64,000 nucleotides of DNA from Solirubrobacterales bacterium (GCA_036519395.1 DATDLJ010000072.1:4893-68892); one strand, 5' to 3'. Counted from the stretch's first letter, positions 1 to 14,263 are shown. Program-made: numbers and translations. The notes: generated by a model from the letters alone, not told the origin.

Positions 1-955
1 GTTCGTCGGGCCGTAGCTCGATCTCTTCGATCGTTGCCAGGCCCAGCGGGTTCTCCTCGCCTGGGAGAAGTTTGCGGTGCGAGCACCAGCCCTGGAAGTT
101 GCCGCACCACTCGCCGAGGCCCAGTTCCTCTTGGGTCATCGGCCGCGCCACGTGCTCCATCGGGGACATGTGGCCGCTTTCCAGGAGGCGGTCGTAAAGG
201 GCGATGTCGGCCCCTAGGTCGCGGGTGCCGGCGTGGGTTAGATAGCTGACCCTGGCGCAGCGGCCGACTGCAACCTTGACCAACTCTTCAGCCGAGGCGA
301 CTTCCTCACGGTCTTCGGGGCGGATCAGCGGCAGGTGCCAGTCGTCTTCTTGCAGCGGGGTGGGCACGGAAGCGTCGATGGCTTCGCGCATTCTCGTCGC
401 CACCAGCTGGATCTCCGGTTGAGCATCGGGGTGGCAGCGGAGGTTCCAGAAGTTCTCCCAGGTAGTGGAGGAGACGATCACGGTGTGCCACATGAAGGGC
501 TCGAGCAGGCGGTTGGCGACCTGCTTATGCACGTTCAGCCACTCGCTCGGCGGTTCTTTGAGCGAGCCCTGCGTTGCTTCAAGACAGGTGTGGAGATCGC
601 TGTACTCGGCGACCAGCTCAGGGCTGGTGATCAGGCCGAGAACGTGGCGGACGGCATCGTCCCGCGCCTTCAGCCACTCTGCTTCGGCTGCGGCCTTCGC
701 CTTCCCTTGCAATGGTGGCCCGGCCTGCATCCCCGGTTGATTCGACCCGAACTCGACTGGGATATAGGGATCCTCGAGGACGCGGCGCAGCTGTTTGGCC
801 ACCGGGATTGCCCGCGAGCTGGCGGAGTTGCGGGAGAAAACGCGGTGGGTATTGAACTCGGCCAGGATGAAGCGTGGGAACGTGGCCTCAAGCGTGGTTA
901 ACCGCTGCTTGGCGGGGGAAATGGAATCGGCGAGGACTTTGGCTTCGAAACCCAT
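1..955 (-). CDS. ThyX-like (FAD-dependent thymidylate synthase family) protein; C-terminus runs off the window start
   Basis: Own minus-strand translation from ATG at 955: MGFEAKVLADSISPAKQRLTTLEATFPRFILAEFNTHRVFSRNSASSRAIP...HTVIVSSTTWENFWNLRCHPDAQPEIQ...LLESGHMSPMEH... It stays open to base 1, so it is absent from the ORF track. ThyX-type motifs are recognisable. Alternative in-frame starts at 991 (ATG) and 1000 (GTG). Confidence 0.6.
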   Translation of the reverse strand, partial: MGFEAKVLADSISPAKQRLTTLEATFPRFILAEFNTHRVFSRNSASSRAIPVAKQLRRVLEDPYIPVEFGSNQPGMQAGPPLQGKAKAAAEAEWLKARDDAVRHVLGLITSPELVAEYSDLHTCLEATQGSLKEPPSEWLNVHKQVANRLLEPFMWHTVIVSSTTWENFWNLRCHPDAQPEIQLVATRMREAIDASVPTPLQEDDWHLPLIRPEDREEVASAEELVKVAVGRCARVSYLTHAGTRDLGADIALYDRLLESGHMSPMEHVARPMTQEELGLGEWCGNFQGWCSHRKLLPGEENPLGLATIEEIELRPDE

Positions 956-1198
956 CGGCTCGCACACTTTCGCAATCGCTGAAGACGGCATCAGGGTCAC
1001 GACTACCCGGAAACTCCGGCCTCCGGCCTGAAGCCATTATCTTCAATCGAAGCGCGGTCCCGATCCCGCCGACGCAGGCGTCGCCGAAGCACAGCCCCTG
1101 CTATCTTTCCTCGTCGGCCTTGAGGCCGGTTTGGTTGATCCTGCCGTCCGATTCATGGGGCGCGTGGGAGTCCTGTTGTCGATACGAGATCCGGAGCA

Positions 1199-1312
1199 AT
1201 GAAGGTTCGAGCTTCCGTCAAGCCGATGTGCGAGAAGTGCAAGGTAATCCGCCGAAATGGAGCGGTCCTGGTGATCTGCCCGAATCCGCGCCATAAGCAG
1301 AGGCAGGGTTAG
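1199..1312 (+). CDS. rpmJ: 50S ribosomal protein L36
   Basis: Own translation: [37 protein letters not shown] (37 aa, under the ORF-track cutoff). GGAG lies 6 nt upstream. It sits immediately before rpsM, as in most bacteria. Confidence 0.9.
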   Translation: MKVRASVKPMCEKCKVIRRNGAVLVICPNPRHKQRQG

Positions 1313-1313
1313 C

Positions 1314-1685
1314 GTGGCACGGATCGCGGGAATCAACATTCCGGTCAACAAACGAGCTGAAATCGGGCTCACCTACATCTTCGGAATCGGCCGTTCGACG
1401 GCACAGCAGATCCTCAAGGAGACCGGCGTCGACCCGGAGACCCAGGTCAAGGACCTGACCGAGGACGAGGTAATCAAGCTTCGTGAGGCGGTTGAGAATC
1501 GCGAGGTCGAGGGCGACCTCCGCCGTGAGCGCTCGCAGAATGTCAAAAGGCTGATGGAGATTGGCTCCTACCGTGGCTTGCGCCACCGGCGCGGATTGCC
1601 GGTCCGCGGTCAGCGGACCAAGACCAACGCGCGCGGCCGCAAGGGCCCGCGGCGCCTCAGCGTCGCCGGTAAGCGCAAGGTATAG
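1314..1685 (+). CDS. rpsM: 30S ribosomal protein S13
   Basis: ORF-track protein [34 protein letters not shown]..., a canonical S13. GTG start. Confidence 0.97.
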   Translation: MARIAGINIPVNKRAEIGLTYIFGIGRSTAQQILKETGVDPETQVKDLTEDEVIKLREAVENREVEGDLRRERSQNVKRLMEIGSYRGLRHRRGLPVRGQRTKTNARGRKGPRRLSVAGKRKV

Positions 1686-1694
1686 GCAGAGAGA

Positions 1695-2093
1695 ATGGCT
1701 GAGAACAAACCCTCGAAAGGGCGCTCGCGCCGCCGCGTCAAAAAGAACGTCACCTATGGGCAGGCGCACATCAAGACTTCCTTCAACAACACGATCGTCA
1801 CCCTCACCGACACCGACGGCAATGTGATCGCCTGGGAGTCGGCCGGTTCGGCTGGCTTCAAAGGCTCGCGCAAGTCGACCCCATTTGCCGCCCAGGTGAC
1901 CGCTGACGCGGCCGCTAAAAAGGGCATGGAACATGGCCTCGAGCGAGTCGAAGTCTTCGCCAAGGGCGCCGGCTCGGGCCGCGAGACCGCGATCCGCTCC
2001 CTGCAGGCCGCCGGGCTCGACGTGACTACCGTCAAGGACGTTTCCCCGCAAGCCCACAACGGCTGCCGGCCGAAGAAGCGCAGGAGGGTCTAA
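1695..2093 (+). CDS. rpsK: 30S ribosomal protein S11
   Basis: ...[46 protein letters not shown]... is a canonical S11. Confidence 0.97.
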   Translation: MAENKPSKGRSRRRVKKNVTYGQAHIKTSFNNTIVTLTDTDGNVIAWESAGSAGFKGSRKSTPFAAQVTADAAAKKGMEHGLERVEVFAKGAGSGRETAIRSLQAAGLDVTTVKDVSPQAHNGCRPKKRRRV

Positions 2094-2713
2094 TGGCTCG
2101 CGACACCAACCCCCAGTGCAAGCAGTGCCGGCGCGAGGGCCAGAAGCTTTTCCTCAAGGGTGAGCGCTGCTTCACCGACAAGTGCGGCGTCGAGCGACGC
2201 TCCTACCCGCCTGGCGAGCACGGTCGCGGCCGCCTCCGGCAGTCCGAGTACCGGGTGCAGCTGCGCGAGAAGCAGAAGACCCGCCGCTACTACCAGGTGC
2301 TTGAGAAGCAGTTCCGCGCTTACTACGAGAAGGCTTCGCGCCAGGAGGGCGTGACCGGCGAGAACCTGCTGCGCCTGCTCGAGTCGCGCTTCGACAACGT
2401 CTTGGTTCGCCTTGGCTTCGCCGCTTCCCGGCGCCAGGCGCGCCAGCTGATCACCCACGGGCATTGGCAGATCAATGGCCGGCGGGTGAACATCCCGTCC
2501 TACCAAGTACGACCCGAAGACATCGTCTCGATCAAGGCTGGGTCAAATGCCACCGACACGATCCAGCGGGCGACGGAACTGGTTTCCACGGTTCCCGCCT
2601 GGCTCCAGGCCGATCACGATGCTCTTACCGCCAAGGTCCTGCGCTACCCCGAGCGCTCCGAGATCTCGGCGCCGGTTCAGGAGCAGCTGATCGTCGAGCT
2701 GTACTCCAAGTAG
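2093..2713 (+). CDS. rpsD: 30S ribosomal protein S4 (Cys-cluster/zinc-type N-terminus)
   Basis: [31 protein letters not shown]...[10 protein letters not shown]... The start overlaps the rpsK stop (TAATG). Confidence 0.97.
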   Translation: MARDTNPQCKQCRREGQKLFLKGERCFTDKCGVERRSYPPGEHGRGRLRQSEYRVQLREKQKTRRYYQVLEKQFRAYYEKASRQEGVTGENLLRLLESRFDNVLVRLGFAASRRQARQLITHGHWQINGRRVNIPSYQVRPEDIVSIKAGSNATDTIQRATELVSTVPAWLQADHDALTAKVLRYPERSEISAPVQEQLIVELYSK

Positions 2714-2750
2714 TCGGAAGATTTCTGAAACACCCCAGAGCAAGGAACTC

Positions 2751-3731
2751 ATGACCACCGATTTCCAGGTCCCCCGCATCACCTCCGAGAAAGTCGACGA
2801 TCGTCGCGGCACGTTCACGATCGAGCCGCTGGACAAGGGCTTCGGCTACACCTTCGGCAACAGCCTCCGTCGCGTACTGCTCTCCTCGCTTGGCGGCGCC
2901 GCTATCACCAGCGTCCGCATCGAGGGAGTAGCGCACGAGTTTTCGACTGTGCCCGGCGTCAAAGAGGACGTCACCGACATCATCCTCAACCTCAAGGACC
3001 TCGTCGTCCGCATGCACACCGATGCTGATGAGGTTGAGGCGCCGCTGGTGGCCACCGGCCCCGGCGAGGTGAAGGCGAAGGACATCGACCTGCCCTCAGG
3101 CGTTGAGATCCTCAACCCGGAGGCGCCGATCGCGACCCTCGAGAAAAAAACCAAGCTCGAGGTCTACCTGACGATTGGCCGCGGCCGCGGGTACTCCCCG
3201 GCGGAAGCGAATAAGTCCGACGAGCAGCCGATCGGCGTGATTCCGATCGACTCGATCTTCTCGCCGATCCGGCGCGCCTCCTACTCGGTGGCCGCCGCCC
3301 GCGTTGGCCAGCGGACCGACTACGACAAACTGACCCTCGACCTCGAGACCGATGGATCGATCGAGCCCGGTGCGGCGCTGCGTGAAGCCTCCGAGATCCT
3401 GATCAAGAGCCTGGCGATCTTCACCGACGCCGACCGCGTCGAGGAGCTGACCGCCCGCGAACCGGTTCCCGCGGTCCCCGCTGATGGCTTCTCCTCTTCG
3501 GCGGGCGACGGCGCTGCCGCCGCCAACGGCCTGGACGAGATCCTGATCGAGGAGCTCGAACTGGGCGTCCGTTCCTACAACTGCCTGAAGCGGGCTGGAG
3601 TCCAGACCGTCGGCGACCTGGTGCGGAAGTCGCGCGCGGAACTGAATGCAATTCCGAACTTCGGCCAGAAGTCGATCGAGGAAGTAATCGAGACCCTGCA
3701 CTCCCGCGGCCTGGATCTGCAGGCGGACTAG
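2751..3731 (+). CDS. rpoA: DNA-directed RNA polymerase subunit alpha
   Basis: ...GTFTIEPLDKGFGYTFGNSLRRVLLSSLGGAAITSVRIEGVAHEFS..., with a C-terminal domain containing ELGVRSYNCLKRAGVQTVGDL. Confidence 0.97.
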   Translation: MTTDFQVPRITSEKVDDRRGTFTIEPLDKGFGYTFGNSLRRVLLSSLGGAAITSVRIEGVAHEFSTVPGVKEDVTDIILNLKDLVVRMHTDADEVEAPLVATGPGEVKAKDIDLPSGVEILNPEAPIATLEKKTKLEVYLTIGRGRGYSPAEANKSDEQPIGVIPIDSIFSPIRRASYSVAAARVGQRTDYDKLTLDLETDGSIEPGAALREASEILIKSLAIFTDADRVEELTAREPVPAVPADGFSSSAGDGAAAANGLDEILIEELELGVRSYNCLKRAGVQTVGDLVRKSRAELNAIPNFGQKSIEEVIETLHSRGLDLQAD

Positions 3732-3762
3732 TCGGGACGAAGCGGGAGCGGGAGCGGAGACA

Positions 3763-4116
3763 ATGCGGCATAAAAAGAAGCGGAACAAGCTCAGCCGCGA
3801 CTCCGCGCACCGCGAGTCTTTGCTCTCGAATCTCTCGAAGCAGCTGATCGAGCACGAGCGGATCCAGACCAGCCAAGCGAAGGCGAAGGCGGTCAAGCCC
3901 GAGGTGGAGAAACTGATCACCCTCGCCAAGCGTGGTGACCTCCACGCCCGCCGGCAGGCCCTGGCCACCCTCCACAACGACAAGTTCATCGTTCACAAGC
4001 TGTTCGACGAGGTGGCGCCGCGCTACGCGACGCGACCGGGTGGGTACACCCGCATCGTCAAGTTGGGCCCTCGGCGGAGCGATTCCACCGAGATGGTCTA
4101 CCTCGAGCTGGTCTAG
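3763..4116 (+). CDS. rplQ: 50S ribosomal protein L17
   Basis: MRHKKKRNKLSRDSAHRESLLSNLSKQLIEHERIQTSQAKAKAVKPEVEKLITLAK... is a canonical L17. Confidence 0.97.
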   Translation: MRHKKKRNKLSRDSAHRESLLSNLSKQLIEHERIQTSQAKAKAVKPEVEKLITLAKRGDLHARRQALATLHNDKFIVHKLFDEVAPRYATRPGGYTRIVKLGPRRSDSTEMVYLELV

Positions 4117-4120
4117 CGGC

Positions 4121-4852
4121 TCAGTAGCTGACTGACTCCAGGTAAAGCCCATGGGGTGGGGCCGTGTCTCCGGCCTCGGTTCGCGGCGCCCCCTCTAGGA
4201 GTTGGAGGAAGTTCTCCACCGTTCTTCTGCCGCTGGCCACCTCCAGCTGGGTGCCGACTAGGACTCGGACCATGTTGCGCATGAAGGCGTCGGCGGTGAT
4301 GCGGAAGCAGAGGATGTCGCCCTCCTGTTCCCAGGAGGCGGCGAAGACGTCGCGTTCGAAGCGGACGTGGTCGGTTTGGGTGGGGGTGAAGGCAGTGAAG
4401 TCGTGGCTGCCAGGGAGCGCGGTGGCGCACGCGTCCAGGGCCGCGCGGTCCACCCGGTGTGGCCACCAAAGCGCGTGGCCTTGCTCGAATGGATTGGGTG
4501 CCGAGCGGGCCAGCAGCCGGTAGCGGTAGCTGCGCGCCTTGGCGTCGTGTCGGGCGTTGAAGCCGTCGGCGACGACCGCGGCGGCGGTGACGGAGACGTC
4601 ATTGGGTCCGACGCCATTGAGCCGGCGGGTCAGATCTCCCGGTGGGTCGGAGGCGGTTTGGAAGCTCGCCACCTGCCCGATCGCGTGGACGCCGGTGTCG
4701 GTGCGGCCGGCAACGGTCAGTTCGACCGGTTCACGCAGGACAGTCGCCAGCGCCGTCTCCAGCTCGCCTTGGACCGTGCGCAGGCCAGGCTGTTTGGCCC
4801 AGCCGCGGAAGCCGGCGCCGTCGTATTCGATCTCGAGCTTGACCGTGGTCAC
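4121..4852 (-). CDS. truA: tRNA pseudouridine(38-40) synthase TruA
   Basis: VTTVKLEIEYDGAGFRGWAKQPGLRTVQGELE...AGRTDTGVHAIGQV... I prefer the GTG at 4852 (GGAGA 10 nt upstream). The ATG at 4894 is an in-frame alternative. The ORF-track extension to 5206 is non-coding-like. Confidence 0.85.
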   Translation of the reverse strand: MTTVKLEIEYDGAGFRGWAKQPGLRTVQGELETALATVLREPVELTVAGRTDTGVHAIGQVASFQTASDPPGDLTRRLNGVGPNDVSVTAAAVVADGFNARHDAKARSYRYRLLARSAPNPFEQGHALWWPHRVDRAALDACATALPGSHDFTAFTPTQTDHVRFERDVFAASWEQEGDILCFRITADAFMRNMVRVLVGTQLEVASGRRTVENFLQLLEGAPRTEAGDTAPPHGLYLESVSY

Positions 4853-4886
4853 GGCGGCAGTATCTCCGACACCTAGAATCGAGTCA

Positions 4887-8946
<4,060 letters not shown>

Positions 8947-9043
8947 CGTCCCTTTCTCATGGGGTGGCTAGTTAGCTCAAACACCGCGGGGGAGGAAGGT
9001 AGCGGCTGGCCACGACCTCTCGCCCTGGAATACTGCATGTTTC

Positions 9044-10291
9044 ATGGGCAAGGTTGTAGACATCGAGTCCAAGCCGCGGCGGCGCCCGCGGCGCAAAAAG
9101 CCGTCGAAGACGGCGCTCGTCCTCGGTGGCGGGGGCTTTACCGGCGGCGTCTATGAGATCGGTGCCCTCCGCGCGCTCGACCTGCTGGCGGTGAACAGCA
9201 CGGTCAACAACTTCGACGTCTACGTCGGCACCAGCGCCGGCTCCTTCGTCGCTTCTATGCTGGCCAACGGGGTGACCCCCGAGGAAATGATGCAGGTGAT
9301 CAATTCCGACGACAACATGGGCCTCGAAGACCTCGACCTCGACAAGGTCCTGAAGCCCAACTACCTCGGCTTCCTCGCCAAAGGCGCGGCGCTGCCGCTG
9401 CGCACGCTCGAGCTGCTGCGCTCCCTGGTGCGGATCGGCGAGTTCTCGGCGATGGACATCGGGGTCGGTCTCGCCGAGGCGCTGCCGACCGGGATCTACT
9501 CCGGCTCCGGCGTATCCGACTACGTCGAAGAAGCGCTCAGCGAAGAGGACCGCGTCAACGACTTCCGCCTCCTCGACCCCGAGCTCTACCTGACCGCCAC
9601 CGACCTCGACACCTGCGAGCGGATCGTCTTCGGCGAGCCCGGCTGGTCGGATGTGCCGATCTCCAAAGCGGTCGAGTGCTCAACCTGCCTGCCGATCGTC
9701 TACAAGCCGGTCGACCTGAAGGGTCGCCAGTTCGTCGACGGCGGCATCCGCTCTACCACCAACGTCGACATCGCGGTCGAAAAGGGCGCCAAGTTCATCG
9801 TCGTCGTCAACCCGCTGGTCCCATACGTCAACGACTTCGAGAAGACGATCCCAACCGTGTTCGGCCGCCGCGTCCGCCGCGTCTCCGACATGGGCCTGCC
9901 GGCGATCGCCAACCAGACCTTCCGCCTGATCGCCCACCAGCGGCTGCACCAGGCGGTTGAGCAGTGGCAGGAGAAATACCCGGGCGTCGACATCATCCTG
10001 CTCGAGCCCGATACCAACGACGAGCTGATGTTTGGGACGCCGATCATGGATTACTCGCGGCGCCTGCAGATCGCCCGCCACGGCTTCGAAACCGTCACCG
10101 CCACCCTCGCCCGCGACTACGACCACTACAAAGAGATCGCCGAGCGCCACGGCCTCGAAATCTCCGAGCGCCGGGTCCGCCGGGTGGTCGAAACTGCCGC
10201 CGACGAGGAGCCTGAGTCCACTTCGGCCTGGCGCCGCGTCCTCGAGCAGACGACCTCAGTTCTCCTTCGCCAGTCCGGCGAAGCCTCTTAG
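9044..10291 (+). CDS. Patatin-like phospholipase family protein
   Basis: LVLGGGGFTGGVYEIGALRALD (oxyanion GGG), GTSAGS (GxSxG), and DGG later in the sequence. Confidence 0.85.
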   Translation: MGKVVDIESKPRRRPRRKKPSKTALVLGGGGFTGGVYEIGALRALDLLAVNSTVNNFDVYVGTSAGSFVASMLANGVTPEEMMQVINSDDNMGLEDLDLDKVLKPNYLGFLAKGAALPLRTLELLRSLVRIGEFSAMDIGVGLAEALPTGIYSGSGVSDYVEEALSEEDRVNDFRLLDPELYLTATDLDTCERIVFGEPGWSDVPISKAVECSTCLPIVYKPVDLKGRQFVDGGIRSTTNVDIAVEKGAKFIVVVNPLVPYVNDFEKTIPTVFGRRVRRVSDMGLPAIANQTFRLIAHQRLHQAVEQWQEKYPGVDIILLEPDTNDELMFGTPIMDYSRRLQIARHGFETVTATLARDYDHYKEIAERHGLEISERRVRRVVETAADEEPESTSAWRRVLEQTTSVLLRQSGEAS

Positions 10292-10293
10292 AG

Positions 10294-12078
10294 CTACGCC
10301 GCGTAAAGCTGCTCGATCGCGCCCTCGTGCTTCTGGGCGACGACCGCGCGCTTGACCTTGAGGGTGGGGGTGAGCTCGCCGTTCTCCTGCGAGAGGTCCT
10401 CGGGGAGGATGGCGATCTTCTTTACTTGCTCGACCCGGGCGAAGTTCTGGTTGATCTTCTCAACGTGGGCTTCGATCGAGGCCTTGACGTCAGGGTTGGC
10501 GGCCAGTTGAGCGAGGTCCTCGGAGAGACCGTTCTCCTGGGCGTATTTGACCGCCTCTTCGGGTTCAAGAGTGACCAGGGCCACCAGGTAGGGGCGGCGG
10601 TCGCCGACGACGACGCACTGGGAGACGAGCGGGTGCTGCTTGATTTCGGCCTCGAGGTTGGCGGGGGTAATGTTCTTGCCGCCCGCGGTGATGATGATGT
10701 CCTTTTTGCGGCCGGTGATCTTGATGAAGCCGTCGGAGTCGATCTCGCCGATATCGCCGGTGTGGAGCCAGCCATTGACGATCGTCTCTGCCGTGGCCTC
10801 CGGGTTCTTGTGGTAGCCCTGGAAGACGTTCGGACCCTTGACGAGGATCTCGCCGTCGTCGGCGATTTTCACCTCGCAGCCGGGGAACGGTTTGCCGATC
10901 GTCCCCACCTTGAAGTCGTCGGGCGAGGAGATCGTCGCCGCGGTCGAGGTCTCGGTCATCCCCCAGCCCTCGAGCACGAGGACACCGGCGGCGTCAAAGA
11001 AGCGCAGGATCTCGGGATTGATCGGGGCGGCACCGGAGACGGCGAGCCGGATGTTGCCGCCGAACAGGCCGCGGATTTTCGACAGCACTTTCTTGTCAGC
11101 GAAGGCGTATTTCCGCTGCAGGAGGAAGCCGGGCTTGCGACCGGAGCGCTCGACTTCGCGCATCTTCGCGCCGACGTTGATCGCCCAGTTGAAGATCGCC
11201 TTTTTTAGGCCGCCCTCTTTCTCCATTGCGCTGGTCGCGGCGGTGTAGATCTTCTCGAAGATCCGCGGCACCGAGGGGAAGTAGGACGGTTTCAGTTCGG
11301 CCAGGTTGGGGAGGATCTTCAGCGGATCCCGCTCCCAGTAGGCGATCGCGGTACCGAGGTCGTAGCTGCCGAGCTGGATCAGCAGAGCGAAGGAGTGAGC
11401 CAGCGGCAGATAGAGGTAGGTGACGTCCCCCTCCTCGATGACGCTGGTCTCCTTGACCATGTCCAGCATCGCCCGGTAGTTGCCGTGGCTGATGATGCAG
11501 CCCTTTGGCGGCCCGGTCGTGCCGGAGGTGTAGATGAAGGTGCAGATGTCCTCCGGAGTGACGGCGCTGTAGAGCGCCTCCCACTCGGAGGCATCGCGGC
11601 TAGCGCCTTTGGCGGCCAGCTCCTCCGTCGAGATCGTGCCCTCGGCGCTACCGGTCATCAGCACGATCTGCTCGAGCTGGGGAAGCTGGTTGTGGACCTG
11701 GCGAACCTTCTCCAGCTGTTCGGCGTCCTCGACGATGACCACCTTGGAGTCGGAGTTCTCAAGGACGTAGCGGCACTCCTCGGGCGAGTTGGTTTGGTAG
11801 ATCGGGACCACGGTGGCGCCGATCGAGAGGGCGGCGAAGTCGAAGTAGGTCCACTCCGGGCGGGTGTTGCCGAGGATTGAGACCCGGTCGCCTTTCTGGA
11901 CGCCAAGCTCGACCAGTCCGAACGCCAGCGGCCGCACGATCTCGCGGACCTCGCTGAAGGTCTTGCTCACCCACTGGTCGCCCTCCTTGTACTGGACGGC
12001 GACGTTGGACCCGTAGAGCTCTGCTGCCTTCGGCAGCAGGTCAGCAAGGGTCTTCGAATGGGTACCTCTCCCCGACAT
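10294..12078 (-). CDS. Long-chain fatty acid--CoA ligase (AMP-dependent synthetase)
   Basis: IYTSGTTGPPKG AMP-binding motif, ...GWLHTGDIGEIDSDGFIKITGRKKD... Confidence 0.9.
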   Translation of the reverse strand: MSGRGTHSKTLADLLPKAAELYGSNVAVQYKEGDQWVSKTFSEVREIVRPLAFGLVELGVQKGDRVSILGNTRPEWTYFDFAALSIGATVVPIYQTNSPEECRYVLENSDSKVVIVEDAEQLEKVRQVHNQLPQLEQIVLMTGSAEGTISTEELAAKGASRDASEWEALYSAVTPEDICTFIYTSGTTGPPKGCIISHGNYRAMLDMVKETSVIEEGDVTYLYLPLAHSFALLIQLGSYDLGTAIAYWERDPLKILPNLAELKPSYFPSVPRIFEKIYTAATSAMEKEGGLKKAIFNWAINVGAKMREVERSGRKPGFLLQRKYAFADKKVLSKIRGLFGGNIRLAVSGAAPINPEILRFFDAAGVLVLEGWGMTETSTAATISSPDDFKVGTIGKPFPGCEVKIADDGEILVKGPNVFQGYHKNPEATAETIVNGWLHTGDIGEIDSDGFIKITGRKKDIIITAGGKNITPANLEAEIKQHPLVSQCVVVGDRRPYLVALVTLEPEEAVKYAQENGLSEDLAQLAANPDVKASIEAHVEKINQNFARVEQVKKIAILPEDLSQENGELTPTLKVKRAVVAQKHEGAIEQLYAA

Positions 12079-12096
12079 CTGCCGGGGGAGTCTAGT

Positions 12097-12288
12097 TCAG
12101 TGCCGCGATTGAGGCGACGTCTGCGGAGGCTTCCCGGGATGGAAGCTGCGCAGCGAAGTTTCAAACAGCGTCCTGTCGATCCGGCCGTGGAAGATCGGGA
12201 CCCCCATCTGGACGCATTTCCCGATCACCTCCCCTCGCTCCATCTGCAGCTGATCGGCGAGCTCGGCGGGCGTCAGGTGATGCGCCAT
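12097..12288 (-). CDS. Small hypothetical protein (possible IF2_N-like helix-turn-helix fold)
   Basis: MAHHLTPAELADQLQMERGEVIGKCVQMGVPIFHGRIDRTLFE... ATG at 12288 preceded by GGGAGG. The ORF-track start at 12354 is less likely. Confidence 0.4.
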   Translation of the reverse strand: MAHHLTPAELADQLQMERGEVIGKCVQMGVPIFHGRIDRTLFETSLRSFHPGKPPQTSPQSRH

Positions 12289-12415
12289 GGGTGACCTCCC
12301 AGGTCGTTGAAAATCGGTAGGACCATGTGTACCGCTACGGGGGGACGGCGTCAAACCGAGTGGGCCGGAGCTTGCGGAGTCGCCGGCGGCGTCAGGTCGC
12401 GATAATGGGCGGCGG

Positions 12416-13144
12416 ATGTCCTCCGAAGTAGCTTCGAGACCCCTGCCGCAGCGGGGCAGGCTCTGGATCCTCGCCCTTCTGGCGATCGCCCTGGCTGCCC
12501 TTGGCTACGCGATTGTCGAGATGTCGACCCAGGAGCCGGGCGACCCGGTCGTCCACGTCGACGGCATCACCGACGCGCAACGGCTCTTCGGTGGGGTGCC
12601 GCAAGAAGGCGATCGCCTCGGCTCCGACAACGCGCCGGTGACGATCCAGGTCTTCAACGACCTGCAGTGCGAGGAGTGCCGCGACGACTTCCTCGCGACG
12701 ATTCCGGAGTTGGCCGAAAACTACGCCCGGCCGGGGGACGTGAAGCTGCTCTACCGCCACTACTCGAACAGCATCAACCCCGAGCAGCTTGGTTTCTACG
12801 GGGCCGAGGCGGCCGCCGATCAGGGCTACGGCTGGCAGTACACCTATCTCTTCTTCCGCAACCAGGACGAAGCCGAGCGCTTCGGGGTCGACCAGGAGTA
12901 CCTGGCTTCGGTTGCGGGGTCGGTGGAGGAACTCGACCTCGAAAAATGGGATGAAGACCTGAAAAAGAACGGCGCCGCCGGCGGCTCGATCGAGAAGCGA
13001 CTCGAAGGTCAGGAGGAGCTGGGGCGCGGGCTGAAGATCCGCACCGGCCAGGGGATGGTGGTCAGCGGTCCGAACGGCACCGTGACCCTGCAAGAGGGCC
13101 CGTCGCTGGCCGAAGTTGAAGCCGCGATCGCCGAAGTCGAGTAG
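12416..13144 (+). CDS. DsbA/thioredoxin-like oxidoreductase with N-terminal membrane anchor
   Basis: TM segment LWILALLAIALAALGYAIV. CxxC motif in VFNDLQCEECRDDF. Confidence 0.75.
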   Translation: MSSEVASRPLPQRGRLWILALLAIALAALGYAIVEMSTQEPGDPVVHVDGITDAQRLFGGVPQEGDRLGSDNAPVTIQVFNDLQCEECRDDFLATIPELAENYARPGDVKLLYRHYSNSINPEQLGFYGAEAAADQGYGWQYTYLFFRNQDEAERFGVDQEYLASVAGSVEELDLEKWDEDLKKNGAAGGSIEKRLEGQEELGRGLKIRTGQGMVVSGPNGTVTLQEGPSLAEVEAAIAEVE

Positions 13145-13155
13145 CGCAGCCGAGA

Positions 13156-13179
13156 TTCACCACAGCGGAGGGTGGTGAA
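13156..13179. terminator. Hairpin between convergent genes (candidate bidirectional terminator)
   Basis: TTCACCAC-agcggagg-GTGGTGAA (8-bp stem). This is the only convergent junction in the window with a real intergenic gap. No clear U-tract. Confidence 0.45.
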
Positions 13180-13185
13180 GGTCGG

Positions 13186-14112
13186 CTAGGCGACGCGGCG
13201 CAGTCGCGCCCGCTGGGCGATCACGTCCCGCCACTCGGAGTCGACGATGTGGGCCGGAGCGGTGGTCGCGAGGAAGTCGCCGAGGATGTCGGCCAGCCCT
13301 GCTGGGTCTTCCAAGTTGGGGAAGTGGGCGGCCTTGGGAAGGGTCTCGAAGCGGCAGTTGGGGATCGATTGCTGGGCCTCGAGGCCGTGGGCGAGCGGGA
13401 TCGTGCGGTCGCGCTCACCCCAGACGATCAGGGTTGGCATCTCCCCAAGTAGGTAGAGGCGGTCGCGGGCGCTGACTTTCTGGCCCTGCACGTCGATCAC
13501 GGCGCGCAGCGTCTGCAGGAAGGCGCGACGCGAGCCGTCGTCCTGTAGCGGCCCGAGGGCGCGAGCGACCGCCTGTAGGTAGACGCCGGTGGAGACGCCG
13601 CGCTCGCGCAGCAGCTTGCCGCCGCCGGCCAGGGCGCCGACCAGGCGGGGGCGCGTCGCCAGCCGCAGCAGAGCCGAGGAGCCGGGTAGGGCGGCACCGC
13701 GCAGCAGTGGGCTGACGTCGTGGCCGAGGCCGCCGCTGGAGATCAGCGCCAGGCGCTCGGTGCGTTGGGGGAATTGGTAAAAGAACTGCATTGCGACGCC
13801 GCCACCGAGCGAGTGACCGACGATCGTCGCCCGCTCGACCCCGATCGTCGTCAACAGGTCCCGGATCGCCGCCGCGTGCGCTCCCAGCGAGTAGTCCCCC
13901 CGCGGCGTCGCCGCTTCCCCGTGCCCGATCAGGTCCGGCGCGATCACTCGGTAGGAGCCGGCCAGCCGCTGGGCCACCGTCTCCCAGTGCCGCGAGGAGT
14001 TGATCATCCCGTGGATCAACACCACGGTCGGTCCGCTGCCGACGGTCCGGTAGACGGCACGGTGCCCGTGCAGGTTCGCCTCGTGAACCTCGAAGGCGGG
14101 GGCGGGAGGCAT
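13186..14112 (-). CDS. Alpha/beta hydrolase fold protein
   Basis: VVLIHGM...VGHSLGGGVA (GxSxG nucleophile elbow)... Confidence 0.85.
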   Translation of the reverse strand: MPPAPAFEVHEANLHGHRAVYRTVGSGPTVVLIHGMINSSRHWETVAQRLAGSYRVIAPDLIGHGEAATPRGDYSLGAHAAAIRDLLTTIGVERATIVGHSLGGGVAMQFFYQFPQRTERLALISSGGLGHDVSPLLRGAALPGSSALLRLATRPRLVGALAGGGKLLRERGVSTGVYLQAVARALGPLQDDGSRRAFLQTLRAVIDVQGQKVSARDRLYLLGEMPTLIVWGERDRTIPLAHGLEAQQSIPNCRFETLPKAAHFPNLEDPAGLADILGDFLATTAPAHIVDSEWRDVIAQRARLRRVA

Positions 14113-14263
14113 GGGGAGACACTAGCGCCGGCGGGAGCGGTGGCAGATCTCCGGTCGGGTAGTCCTAGCTCCGCTACGATTTTCGGCTGGGAAATTGGTC
14201 ATCCAGGCGAGGGAGGCGGAACACGTGGAGTCACGACGCTGGCGAGGCGGGCAGGTCCGGGGA

